Shown: positions 30,204 to 39,948, counted from the first letter of the stretch. The stretch is 64,000 nt of DNA from Thermoprotei archaeon (GCA_003649205.1 QMRC01000001.1:64001-128000), one strand, 5' to 3'. The notes: generated by a model from the letters alone, not told the origin. Made by a program: numbers and translations.

Positions 30204-30945
30204 GGTGGTGAAGGGTATGGTCATGAAGTACCTACGGTCATTAGTAGCTCTATCCACGATGCATCTTAGAGTACTCCTATACTTCTGGCCATATTACCTA
30301 ATGTCCTCACTCCTTACACCACTACTCGTAGTACTCATGCTCTACTACGTACTTGGGTACACAGCAAATGTACTCTACCTGATATGCGCTATGTTCACAC
30401 TATCTTCACTGGGCACATTCACAATGATTTCACAGGACATAAGTAGTCTGAAGCAAACACAGGTGTATGAGTTCTACGCATCATTACCCATATCTCCACT
30501 AGACTACGTGCTATCAAAGCTAATAGCTAATTTAGTCATGTACATACCATCCATAGCTGTATTACTGCTAACTGGATACTTGCTGACAGGTACTCTACCA
30601 AACATACCACTATTCGCTATAGCTGTAGTCATTTCCTACACAGCATTTATATGGTTAGGTATGATCGTAGGACTATACTCACGAAATCCAGTACAGGCTA
30701 ACGTCATATCAATGATTGTGTACCTAGTACTTCTCTTTGGATCACCAATGTATGGACCTATATCCAACACCAACTTAGTGCTTAGAACTGCAGCTCTAGT
30801 ATTACCGACAACGCATATAGCTAAGGTATTCCGCTCCTCATACTGCATTGAAAGCGTGAGCCCTGATACAATCACTTACCTAGCTATATGGTACATAGTG
30901 AACACTGTGATCATATCTAGAAGGTTAAGGTGGACATTAGAGTAA
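30196..30945 (+). CDS. ABC-2 type exporter permease
   Basis: About six TM helices, SLPISPLDYVLSK, LPTTH; coupled to the ATPase. Confidence 0.85.
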   Translation: MVEVVKGMVMKYLRSLVALSTMHLRVLLYFWPYYLMSSLLTPLLVVLMLYYVLGYTANVLYLICAMFTLSSLGTFTMISQDISSLKQTQVYEFYASLPISPLDYVLSKLIANLVMYIPSIAVLLLTGYLLTGTLPNIPLFAIAVVISYTAFIWLGMIVGLYSRNPVQANVISMIVYLVLLFGSPMYGPISNTNLVLRTAALVLPTTHIAKVFRSSYCIESVSPDTITYLAIWYIVNTVIISRRLRWTLE

Positions 30946-31561
30946 TGAAGTTTAAAGATCTGCGGAAATAGGTTCGACTTAACAGCAATATTGAGTGATG
31001 GTAGTAGTAATGTACCTGGGGCAAGTATATGAAGTTCAAGGTCTCTAGTTCTTGTGCAGGGAATGCATCCATCATCAGGAGATTGTGTGACTGCTGAAGT
31101 ATGTAGTTGTGTCTGTGGATTGCTCTATCGCTTGTACTTATTATCCGCTATAAGCAGAAACAGGAGTTGCATATACAAACCTCGCATCAGCATCATCAAG
31201 TCCTAGCTCGCAAAGCTTAGAGTAAAGTTCGCGAAATGCTGTAGGAGGTTCATCATCAGTCAAGTACCGTATCATTACTTCCAAATCACTCTCTACCTCC
31301 TGTAACCTATTCCTTAGCAAAACAACATGCAATAATTGAGGGATAGCCATAGCTACTACAGTGCTTGCAGATAATGGTCGTGATGAAATTTCAACTCTAC
31401 TACCAATACCAGGAGTGAATTGATGCGATGGAGATACAGAGCACAGCCTCTCCATACTACTCCGCTACTCACCTACAACATCAAGGTACTTAGCTATTTC
31501 CTCACGATTTCAGATAAAGCGACATTCGAGAGAAGTAGTACTCAAGTCAATAATTGACCTA

Positions 31562-31861
31562 TTGAATCGATTGATAGTGACGAGACATAGCAGGAGGAGA
31601 CTTGTTCAGGTGTACTACGAAACACGGGTTAGGGAGAACATTGAGAAAGCTACTGAGTAGCTTAGGGATATAGGTATGACCAATGTTAGGGTGTATGAGG
31701 ATAAGGCGAAGAATGGTGTAGTGTATAGACTTTATTTTGGTGTTAGCAAGTCAACTGTAGGCATTCTATACAGGTTACTTGAAGAGATGAGGAAGATGAG
31801 TGTTGACCAAGATAAGGTAGTGAAGTTGGAGGAGGCAATAAAGTTCTTGACTCAGGAGTAA
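31562..31861 (+). pseudogene. Degenerate LAGLIDADG-like endonuclease remnant
   Basis: IDSDE in adjacent frame, then RLVQVYYETRVRENIEKATE*LRDIGMTNVRVY..VYRLYFGVSK..LEEAIKFL; TAG at 31658-31660. Confidence 0.4.
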
Positions 31862-32146
31862 ATGCTGACACTGGAGCATCATTTGGGATGCTTGGGTTAG
31901 AACATCAGAGAGCTTTTCTCTGTTGCTTTCTAAATGAAGTAATTTGCTGATACCTGTCTGGTTGCTCTCATGTGAGATTTCTGATTTCTTATTCAGCTTC
32001 TTTTCAAGTCGTTTTCAGTTACAGGGACTTTCAGGACTTTTACAATCACGCTTTCTACGTGGTTACACTGATTGTTTCCTCTGAGGTAAAATTTATGAAA
32101 GGTATTTGGCTAGAGCATATAAGAGGTCTAAGGAGTTCGGGGTTAG

Positions 32147-33409
32147 GTGATCGGTATGAGCAAACAGACGTTGCCTGTGTGTATCATAGGTACAGGGGGT
32201 CACGTAGACCACGGTAAGACTACGTTGGTTCAGGCGTTGTCTGGTGTTTGGACTGCTCGTCATAGTGAGGAGCTTAAGCGTGGTCTCACTATGAAGCTTG
32301 GTTATGCCTACATTACTATCTATAAATGTCCTAGGTGTCCTCCTCCTCAGTGTTACCTCACTCACGTTATGTTGAGGGATGGTAGGTGTCCTCACTGTGG
32401 TTCTGAGGTTGAGTTTGTGAGGAAGATATCTGTAGTCGATGTTCCTGGTCACGAGACGTTGATGGCTACTATGATTGCTGGTGCAACTCTCATGGATGGT
32501 GTGCTCTTTGTCATAGATGCGACCGTACCCTGTCCACAGCCACAGACATACGAGCACTTCATGGCTTTAACCATAATGGGTGTTAGGAACATTGTGATTG
32601 TTCAGAATAAGATCGATGTTGTTGCTGATAGGGATAAGTTGCTTAAGCACTATCAGCAGATTAAGAAGTTTATTGAGGGTACTTGGGCTGAAGATGCACC
32701 TATAATACCTGCATCAGCGCTTCACAAGGTGAATGTAGATGCTGTTGTTGAGGCTATTGAGGAGAGGATTCCGACTCCGAAGAGGGATGAGTCTAAACCA
32801 CCGAGATTCCTCATTGCTAGGTCCTTCAACGTGAATAAGCCAGGTACACCACCAGAGAATCTTCAGGGTGGTGTCATTGGTGGTTGCTTGATTCAGGGTA
32901 AGCTCAGAGTTGGTGATGAGATAGAGATTAGGCCAGGTATAAGGGTTGTTGAGCATGGTAAGGTCAGGTATGAGCCGTTGTACGCTAAGGTGCTGAGCAT
33001 CAAGGTTGAGGATATGTTCGTTGAGGAGGTTGGTCCAGGTACTCTCGTCGGTATCGGTACTGATCTTGATCCAGCACTGACCAGGGCTGATGCTCTTATC
33101 GGTAATGTAGCTGGTAAGGTGGGTACTCTACCACCTACGAGATTTAGTCTTAGGTTGGAGACTCACTTACTGGAGAGGGTTGTTGGTTTGAGGGAGTTGC
33201 CTAAGGTTGAGAGGATTAGGAAGGGTGAGGTGCTGATGCTTGTTGCTGGTACAGCGACTACTCTAGGCGTTGTGAGGAGTGTCATGGGTGATGAAATCTA
33301 TGTAGATCTCCGTAGACCTGTGTGTATTGAGACTGGTGCTAAGGTTGTGATCAATAGGCAGATTGCTGGTAGGTGGAGGTTAATTGGGTACGGTATCGTC
33401 AAGGACTAG
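32147..33409 (+). CDS. eif2g: Translation initiation factor aIF2 gamma
   Basis: GHVDHGKT, HSEELKRG, Zn knuckle, DVPGHE, QNKID, WRLIGYG. Confidence 0.96.
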   Translation: MIGMSKQTLPVCIIGTGGHVDHGKTTLVQALSGVWTARHSEELKRGLTMKLGYAYITIYKCPRCPPPQCYLTHVMLRDGRCPHCGSEVEFVRKISVVDVPGHETLMATMIAGATLMDGVLFVIDATVPCPQPQTYEHFMALTIMGVRNIVIVQNKIDVVADRDKLLKHYQQIKKFIEGTWAEDAPIIPASALHKVNVDAVVEAIEERIPTPKRDESKPPRFLIARSFNVNKPGTPPENLQGGVIGGCLIQGKLRVGDEIEIRPGIRVVEHGKVRYEPLYAKVLSIKVEDMFVEEVGPGTLVGIGTDLDPALTRADALIGNVAGKVGTLPPTRFSLRLETHLLERVVGLRELPKVERIRKGEVLMLVAGTATTLGVVRSVMGDEIYVDLRRPVCIETGAKVVINRQIAGRWRLIGYGIVKD

Positions 33410-33824
33410 TCACAGGTACTTTATTGTACTCGACACCAACATGGTTATGCTGGCTGTTGCTGAGGGTATTGACGTATTTGATGAGTTTGAGAGAGTTCTA
33501 GAGGTACCTCATGAGTACGTGATATTGAGATCAAGTATTGATGAGCTTGAGAGATTGATTAGAGAGAAGGGTCCTAAGGTTAGGAGACAAGCATTGCTAG
33601 CTCTGGAGATTGCTAAGTCTAGGTGTAAGGTGATTGATGACTCGTCGATACCTGGCTCTGGTGTTGATGAGAAGATAGTTAACTTCGCCCTAGCTAACAA
33701 GGGGAGAGTTGTCGTTGCTACAAATGATACTAGGTTGAGGAAGAGGTTGAGAGAGTTGTCAATACCTACAGTGTACTTCAGAGCTGAGAGGAGAGGTCTT
33801 GAGATAGATACTGAGTTGTACTAG
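33384..33824 (+). CDS. PIN-domain protein (Fcf1/Utp24-like rRNA processing)
   Basis: VLDTN, DELE, VATND..LR; conserved position after aIF2g. Confidence 0.85.
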   Translation: MGTVSSRTSHRYFIVLDTNMVMLAVAEGIDVFDEFERVLEVPHEYVILRSSIDELERLIREKGPKVRRQALLALEIAKSRCKVIDDSSIPGSGVDEKIVNFALANKGRVVVATNDTRLRKRLRELSIPTVYFRAERRGLEIDTELY

Positions 33825-33879
33825 AAGGTAGAAAAGTACAATAAGTGAGTTCTCTGTGGTATGTTGCTTGGTGAAGTAG

Positions 33880-34455
33880 ATGTTTAGGTTAGTCACAATC
33901 GAGGACTTTGTTAGGATTCCACCTGAGAGGTTTAAGGAGCCCCTTGAGAAGGTTGCTAAAGAAATCATTAGAAGTGAGTACGAGGGTAAGGCAATTAAGG
34001 ATCTAGGTATCGTAGTCGCTATCATAAACATCAAGGTATCTAAGGTAGGTAAGGTAGTACCAACTGATGGTGCTAGCTACCACAAGGTAGTGTTCGATGC
34101 TCTTGTCTTCTATCCTCAGCTTCAGGAAGTTATTGAGGGTGAAGTAGTTGGTGTCGTACCTTATGGCGCATTTGTGAGGATTGGTCCTATAGATGCTCTT
34201 CTCCACATATCGCAGATAGGTGATGATAGGTTTAGGAATGATCCACGTAGGGAAGCACTAATTGGAGAGAAGACACAGTATGTTCTAGGTAAGGGTGATA
34301 GAGTAAGAGCTAGAATAGTCTCAGTTAGTATGCCAGGTCCATCACCGAGACCAGAACCGATAAGAGTTGGTTTAACCATGAGACAACCCTTCCTAGGAAA
34401 GCTTGAGTGGATTGAGGAGGAACTGCGTAAACTAAAGGCCAGAGCAAGGTCATGA
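33880..34455 (+). CDS. rpoE1: RNA polymerase subunit Rpo7 (E')
   Basis: VRIPPERF, S1 domain GAFVRIGPIDALLHISQI, LTMRQPFLGK. Confidence 0.96.
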   Translation: MFRLVTIEDFVRIPPERFKEPLEKVAKEIIRSEYEGKAIKDLGIVVAIINIKVSKVGKVVPTDGASYHKVVFDALVFYPQLQEVIEGEVVGVVPYGAFVRIGPIDALLHISQIGDDRFRNDPRREALIGEKTQYVLGKGDRVRARIVSVSMPGPSPRPEPIRVGLTMRQPFLGKLEWIEEELRKLKARARS

Positions 34456-34670
34456 CGTATCCCACCATACTAGAGTGGAAGTAAAGTTATTAATACAGTC
34501 TTGAGAAGCTACATAACGATCATGAAGTAGAGCCAGTTACCGAGTATAGTAATGAACTCTCTGTAGTTCTTAGGTAATTAGCAGCAATACGTTGTAGAAG
34601 ACCATTACCGCAACAATTTAACCCCGTTCTACTTGTTTCGTGTGAGTATTCTCGTCTCTGAGGTGATTAG

Positions 34671-34889
34671 GTGGCTGGTAGAAGGAGGATCCCACTCTCT
34701 GGCTACAAGGCTTGTAGGAACTGTAAGTTCATTGTGCCTAGTGATGTGACTAAGTGTCCAAACTGTGGTTCAAGTGATTTTAGTGATGATTGGTCTGGAT
34801 TGATAATAATTTTAGATCCTCAGAATTCTCAAATTGCTCAGAAGCTTGGTATCACGAAGGAGGGTATGTACGCTATTAGGGTTAGGTAG
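34671..34889 (+). CDS. spt4: Transcription elongation factor Spt4 (RpoE'')
   Basis: ACRNC..CPNCGS..WSG..G.YAIRVR. Confidence 0.95.
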   Translation: MAGRRRIPLSGYKACRNCKFIVPSDVTKCPNCGSSDFSDDWSGLIIILDPQNSQIAQKLGITKEGMYAIRVR

Positions 34890-34892
34890 CGT

Positions 34893-35425
34893 ATGGTGTT
34901 TGAGCTTAGGTTAACTGATGAGCTTAGAGTTATCTTGAGGAAACCTCTTGGAATAGTGATCAGCGATGAAGCTCCATTCTCAATCAAGAAGGTCTATAGG
35001 TTAATTGTAGACCTAGACTCACCAATGCTCTGTACTGTCGGTGATGCTGTTACTGAAAATTTTTGAGGTATTCTCCTAGGAAACCTGATATCTGTGTCAT
35101 TGATCAAAGAATTAGGAGAATGAGTAAAGTAATTCGTGTTGAGCTACCTAGTCCTGTACTAAGTGTCATAAATAGACCAAGTACTATTAGTCAGCAATTA
35201 CTCAAAGCTCTCGATAGAGTTACTGAGATTGGTCACGGTACTGTGTTGATTCATGGTGAGGAGGATCTCGCTCTCATACCACTGGTACTGAGATTACCTA
35301 CCAGGTCCATTGCTTGTTATGGTGATCCTTTTGGTAATGCTCTAGTAGCTGTCATAGTTACAGACGTTGTTAAGCGAGCTTTCGGAAGGGCACTTAACAA
35401 AATGGTAAGAGTTAAAATGTCGTAG
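34893..35425 (+). CDS. GTP-dependent dephospho-CoA kinase (DUF359), split by a -1 frameshift at 35057-35066
   Basis: Frame 1 MVFELRLTDELR..LRKPLG..TVGDAVTENF*; frame -1 continues PDICVID..GEEDLAL..YGDP. Confidence 0.85.
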
Positions 35426-35449
35426 TTCCCACACAGCAGTGGGGTCTAC

Positions 35450-35827
35450 ATGTCTCAACAGTCATCAACTATGATAGATCTAGGTGACGACATTAAGTTG
35501 GAGGTCATTAGGGAGAGGGATAATCCACTGATTGGTAGGAAGGAGATCACAGGTTACCTACATCACCACGCAAAGGGTACGCCTCAGAGGTATGAGGTTA
35601 GGAGGAGAATTGCTGAGATATTCAAGGTACCTCTAGAGGTCGTGTATGTGAGGAGCATACAGACTGAATTTGGTTGGGGTAGGAGCAAGATTGAGATCCA
35701 CATCTATAGAGATCCCAAGAGAGCTGAGGAAATCGAACCACTTCACATACGGCTCAAGAATCTTCCACCTGAAGAGAGAAAGGCTAAGTTACAGGAGTTG
35801 AGGAAGGCTAAGGAGAGTAGGAAGTAG
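35450..35827 (+). CDS. rps24e: 30S ribosomal protein eS24
   Basis: NPLIGRKE, GTPQR, TEFGWG. Confidence 0.94.
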   Translation: MSQQSSTMIDLGDDIKLEVIRERDNPLIGRKEITGYLHHHAKGTPQRYEVRRRIAEIFKVPLEVVYVRSIQTEFGWGRSKIEIHIYRDPKRAEEIEPLHIRLKNLPPEERKAKLQELRKAKESRK

Positions 35828-35831
35828 GTAG

Positions 35832-36038
35832 GTGTTGTTTATGGTGGCTCACGTACATAAGTGGTACGAGTACGACTACAAGACAGGGAAGATTAGGTTA
35901 CTTAGGAGGAAGTGTCCACGCTGTGGTTCAATAATGGCTTACCACAAGGTACCAGTACCGAGACATCACTGTGGTAAGTGTGGTTTCACCATATTTGAGA
36001 CTCAGGAGCAGGGGAGAGGTAGAGCTAGAGGTAGGTAA
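35832..36038 (+). CDS. rps27ae: 30S ribosomal protein eS31 (S27ae)
   Basis: CPRCG..MAYH..RHHCGKCG. Confidence 0.94.
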   Translation: MLFMVAHVHKWYEYDYKTGKIRLLRRKCPRCGSIMAYHKVPVPRHHCGKCGFTIFETQEQGRGRARGR

Positions 36039-36048
36039 GTGCTAGCTC

Positions 36049-37041
36049 ATGAAGAGGAAGGTGACTGTACTCGGTATTGAATCAACAGCACACACCTTCG
36101 GTGTTGGTATAGCTACTTCAGAAGGCGAGATACTAGCTAACGTAAACTACGTGTACACATTTGAGAAGGGTATACACCCTAGAGAAGCTGCTGAACATCA
36201 CTCCTCAGTAGCGCATAAGGCAGTTAAAGAGGCTCTAGATAAGGCAGGTCTCTCGATTCACGAGATCGATGCTATAGCTATTGCTCTAGGTCCTGGTCTA
36301 GGTCCTTGCCTTAGAATAGGTGCAACAGTTGCCAGAGCACTTTCACTATACTTCAATAAGCCTCTAGTACCTGTTAATCACTGTGTTGCTCACATTGAGA
36401 TAGCTAGATTGACTACAGGTGCTGAAGATCCACTTGTAGTGTATGTCTCTGGTGGAAATACCATAGTATCAGCATTCGTAGATGGTAGGTACAGGGTCTT
36501 CGGTGAGACACTAGACATAGCGCTGGGTAACTGCATAGATGCATTTGCTAGAGAGGTAGGTTTACCACAACCAGGTGTTCCTAATGTTGAGAAGATGGCT
36601 GAGAGAGGTAGTAAGTACATTCCACTACCGTACGTGGTTAAGGGTCAGGACCTATCGTTCTCAGGTCTACTGACTATGGCTCTTAGGAAGGTTAGAGAAG
36701 GTGAGAGACTTGAGGATGTCTGTTTTAGCTTGATAGAGACCGCGTACTCCATGCTTGCTGAGGTAGCTGAGAGAGCACTAGCTCACACAAAGAAGAAGCA
36801 ACTAGTACTGACTGGTGGCGTTGCCCGTAGTAGGAGGTTACAGGAAATGCTGAGAGAGGTTGCTGCAGAACACGGTGCTGAGTTCCACGTAGTACCTCCA
36901 GAGTACGCTGGTGACAACGGTGCTATGATAGCTTGGTGCGGCGTCCTAGCGTACATACACGGTGTCACAATTCCTGTTGAGGAGAGTTGCATTAGACAGA
37001 GATGGAGATTAGATGAAGTGGATATCCCATGGAGGAGGTAG
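36049..37041 (+). CDS. kae1: KEOPS t6A synthase Kae1
   Basis: GIESTAH, GPGLGPCL, HCVAHIE, VSGGNT, DNGAMIA. Confidence 0.96.
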   Translation: MKRKVTVLGIESTAHTFGVGIATSEGEILANVNYVYTFEKGIHPREAAEHHSSVAHKAVKEALDKAGLSIHEIDAIAIALGPGLGPCLRIGATVARALSLYFNKPLVPVNHCVAHIEIARLTTGAEDPLVVYVSGGNTIVSAFVDGRYRVFGETLDIALGNCIDAFAREVGLPQPGVPNVEKMAERGSKYIPLPYVVKGQDLSFSGLLTMALRKVREGERLEDVCFSLIETAYSMLAEVAERALAHTKKKQLVLTGGVARSRRLQEMLREVAAEHGAEFHVVPPEYAGDNGAMIAWCGVLAYIHGVTIPVEESCIRQRWRLDEVDIPWRR

Positions 37042-37717
37042 TGTCGTGATCCTTGAAGTCATTGCGAAAGGGGCTGAAGCAACTCTCTACAAAGAGCTGT
37101 GGAATGACATTGTTGTTGTTCGTAAGCAGAGATTACCGAAGAAGTACAGACATCCTCAACTCGATAACTACATTAGAAGAACGAGAACAGTAACGGAGGC
37201 TAAGTTAATGTTTGAGGCTAGGAAACTAGGTGTACCAACACCTACCATATACGATGTCGACATCGATAACTGCATAATTAGGATGGAGTACATTACAGGT
37301 ACTAGATTGAGAGAGTACATGGACGACATAATTCACAGCAGTAAATACGAAGTACTAACGAAGATCTTCGAGACACTCGGCATCTACGCAGGTAGACTAC
37401 ATACCAACGGAATAGCACATGGAGATCTAACGACATCAAACGTGATAGTTAGTGACAGTACTCTCGTACTGATAGACTTCGGATTAGGAACATACGCAAA
37501 GGACCTTGAATCACATGGAGTGGATATACACCTCCTACTTAGATCACTAGAGAGTACACACTACTCAATAGCGAGTATCTGCTTCAAACACTTCATTAAG
37601 GGCTACAGTAGGGAAGTAGGTGAGGAATACGCTAATAAAGTAGTTGAGAGAGTCCACGAAATAAGAGCTAGGGCTAGGTATGTTGAGGAAAGAATTAGGA
37701 AAAGGGACTTTATCTAG
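37013..37717 (+). CDS. bud32: KEOPS kinase/ATPase Bud32
   Basis: KGAEA, KYRHPQLD, HGDLTTSN, IDFGL. Confidence 0.94.
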   Translation: MKWISHGGGSVVILEVIAKGAEATLYKELWNDIVVVRKQRLPKKYRHPQLDNYIRRTRTVTEAKLMFEARKLGVPTPTIYDVDIDNCIIRMEYITGTRLREYMDDIIHSSKYEVLTKIFETLGIYAGRLHTNGIAHGDLTTSNVIVSDSTLVLIDFGLGTYAKDLESHGVDIHLLLRSLESTHYSIASICFKHFIKGYSREVGEEYANKVVERVHEIRARARYVEERIRKRDFI

Positions 37718-38288
37718 GATATACCTCATAACGAGCAATAGGCACAAGGTGGAGGAAGCAAACATAGCGCTGAAACCATTCGGTATCGAGGTAAAGCAGC
37801 TACACATTAAGAGACTTGAGATACAGTCAGATGACCTAGTTGAGATAGCTATATTTTCGCTAAGGGAAGTCATTAATCTAGTTAATGAGAGACCACTAGT
37901 TGTTGAGGATGCAGGCCTCTTCATACCAGCACTGAAGGGGTTTCCAGGACCATACAGCTCGTTTGTGTACAAGACAATTGGTTGTCAAGGAATACTGAAG
38001 TTAATGGAGGGTGTTGAGGATAGGAGAGCATACTTCAAGTCAGTGGTTGTGTACTATGACGATGATGTTGGTATGAAGGTCTTTGAAGGGACTGTATGGG
38101 GTAAGATAGCGACTGAGGTTAGGGGTACTCAGGGATTTGGCTTTGACCCTATATTCATACCTGAGGGAAGTACTAGGACCTTTGCTGAGATGGGTCCTGA
38201 AGAGAAGACTAAGTACTCACATAGGGGTAGAGCATTCAGGGCACTAGGTTACTGGATAAGGAATATATTGGAGCAGCAGAGTAAGTAA
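37680..38288 (+). CDS. rdgB: Non-canonical purine NTP pyrophosphatase (Ham1/RdgB)
   Basis: TSNRHK, EDAGL, GFPGPY, GFGFDPIF, SHRGRA. Confidence 0.95.
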   Translation: MLRKELGKGTLSRIYLITSNRHKVEEANIALKPFGIEVKQLHIKRLEIQSDDLVEIAIFSLREVINLVNERPLVVEDAGLFIPALKGFPGPYSSFVYKTIGCQGILKLMEGVEDRRAYFKSVVVYYDDDVGMKVFEGTVWGKIATEVRGTQGFGFDPIFIPEGSTRTFAEMGPEEKTKYSHRGRAFRALGYWIRNILEQQSK

Positions 38289-38293
38289 CCTAC

Positions 38294-38673
38294 CTACACC
38301 TTTAGGAGTTCTGTAAATTGAGCTAAGCTTGGTGATTTCCGCATAGCTTGCTCCAGAGGAACTCCGTGGTGTTGTAATAGCTCTCTAACAGCTTTATAGC
38401 TCTTGACGTATCTTCGTCCATACTTACCTGGAGATGGTGATCAAGGTATTGCTCTGGATCTTCTCGTAGTGAATCAGGATTCTTATGGAGGCAGAGTAGA
38501 GCCAGGATCCACGACTCTATCTTGGGATTTGCAGTAAGAATGAGGGCTCTAGAGTGTTGTCTCAGTTGATTCAGGTAACTGGGATTACCTTCAACATCCC
38601 TCAGATCTCTTAACACAATAACCTTCTCAGCATTTGCTTTATCTGTAGCTCCTTCAACTAGCACTAAGATCAT
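38294..38673 (-). pseudogene. DUF4276-like TOPRIM-fold partner of the AAA ATPase; frameshifted and apparently internally shortened
   Basis: LVEGATD, IESWILA; natural C-terminus YGRRYVKS..KSPSLAQFTELLKV* lies in another frame. Confidence 0.65.
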
Positions 38674-38683
38674 CCATTGATCC

Positions 38684-39850
38684 CTACGGTGTACCACCTA
38701 GTTCTCCTGAATACCAAACCTCACCGAGTGGAATACCTTCAGTTAGCAACTTCCTCACTCTCTCCAGTAGCTTTGGATCATTATCTACTCTACGAACTTT
38801 CGTCTCGCCATTGATCTTCTCCACAATCACTAGCTCTTCAGGATTAAGTAAGTCAAGTACGTATGGTGAATGTGTCGTGAATATAACCTGACACGGAGCT
38901 TTTCTAAAGAGATCAATTAGTGTTCTATAGAGCCATGGATGTACACAGTTCTCTGGCTCCTCAAATACTACAACCTGCTTACCCAGGTATAGAGCTATTA
39001 TGAATGCTAGGAGCCTAAGTGTTCCATCAGATACTAGTTCTGGCGGAATCAAGTCACCAATGCTCTTATCTCGAAAAGCTATGTACACGTTCTTATTGTG
39101 TACAGGTGTGGCAAGTTCATCTACTTCAGGTATAAGACTTTGAAGTACCTTCTCTATCTCGAGGAACTTCCTCCTATTTGTTGTAAGTAATGTGTGAAGA
39201 ACTGAAGCTAAATTTGAACCATCATACGAGAGTTCGGTTATGTGAGTTAGTTCACAACCACTTCGTATGCTTTCTGGGGAAAAGTGATGTACTGTGAGAC
39301 ATCTCCTAAGTAGAGGTACCATATCAACTACTCTGCTCTCAAGTCCCCTCCTAGCTTTAGTTACTACCGAGAGACTGTCTAGTATTTGGGGATAGTCGAT
39401 AGTGAATGTAGTGCTTTGAGTGATTTCACTTGGTGTATAAATTGTGAGAGTACCTGAGCTGTCTCCTACTAGGCGGAATTCAGCCACAACCTGACCATTC
39501 AATTTAAGTACTTCATGTTCTACTACTTCTCTATCACATCTAAATGAGAGCTCGTACGTAAGTTTCATACATTCATTTGCTTCTACTTTCGCTGTAAAAC
39601 CGAGAGTTATTGGTCTTGTTGTGTCGAACTTGAAAGGTAGTTTAGTACTTGTCTCAACGAGTTCCGTGATAGCATCTCTAATGCCCTTTCCTTCGAGTAA
39701 TAACTTGAGTAGGTACATTGCTTTAACTATGTTGCTTTTACCTGATGCATGTGATCCTACTAATGCTGTTAACTTAGTTCGAAACCTCAATGATACATCT
39801 CTTAATGACAGTATGTTTCTTGCATGGAATTCAGTAATCATTAACTTCAC
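38684..39850 (-). CDS. ABC-clade (AAA_21/AAA_15-like) ATPase of the OLD/PARIS-type defence class
   Basis: GSHASGKS, DGSNLA, SDGTLR, EEPENCVHP, TTHSP. Confidence 0.85.
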   Translation of the reverse strand: MKLMITEFHARNILSLRDVSLRFRTKLTALVGSHASGKSNIVKAMYLLKLLLEGKGIRDAITELVETSTKLPFKFDTTRPITLGFTAKVEANECMKLTYELSFRCDREVVEHEVLKLNGQVVAEFRLVGDSSGTLTIYTPSEITQSTTFTIDYPQILDSLSVVTKARRGLESRVVDMVPLLRRCLTVHHFSPESIRSGCELTHITELSYDGSNLASVLHTLLTTNRRKFLEIEKVLQSLIPEVDELATPVHNKNVYIAFRDKSIGDLIPPELVSDGTLRLLAFIIALYLGKQVVVFEEPENCVHPWLYRTLIDLFRKAPCQVIFTTHSPYVLDLLNPEELVIVEKINGETKVRRVDNDPKLLERVRKLLTEGIPLGEVWYSGELGGTP

Positions 39851-39948
39851 GAATTACCCCTCAGGTATACTACCATAGTCGTCACCTAATATCGGTACTG
39901 AGTTAAATCTCAAAGCCAATGGAGCAAGGTAATGGGTTGTTAGCGTAA

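Larger units (their letters stand above)
23760..32140. other. Accessory cargo island inserted between the normally neighbouring rps6e and aIF2g genes
   Basis: Visibly more AT-rich, low coding density, many gene fragments; no integrase or att repeat recognised. Confidence 0.7.

Noticed and set aside
31029-31140. Short Cys-containing ORFs after the exporter (MKFKVSSSCAG.., MHPSSGDCV..) as extra precursors
   Set aside because: No RBS and no leader similarity to the 27831 peptide; region looks decayed.
31141-31455. 104-aa minus-strand ORF with a PIN-like DDADA segment
   Set aside because: Only the C-terminal part looks protein-like; not enough to assign a family.
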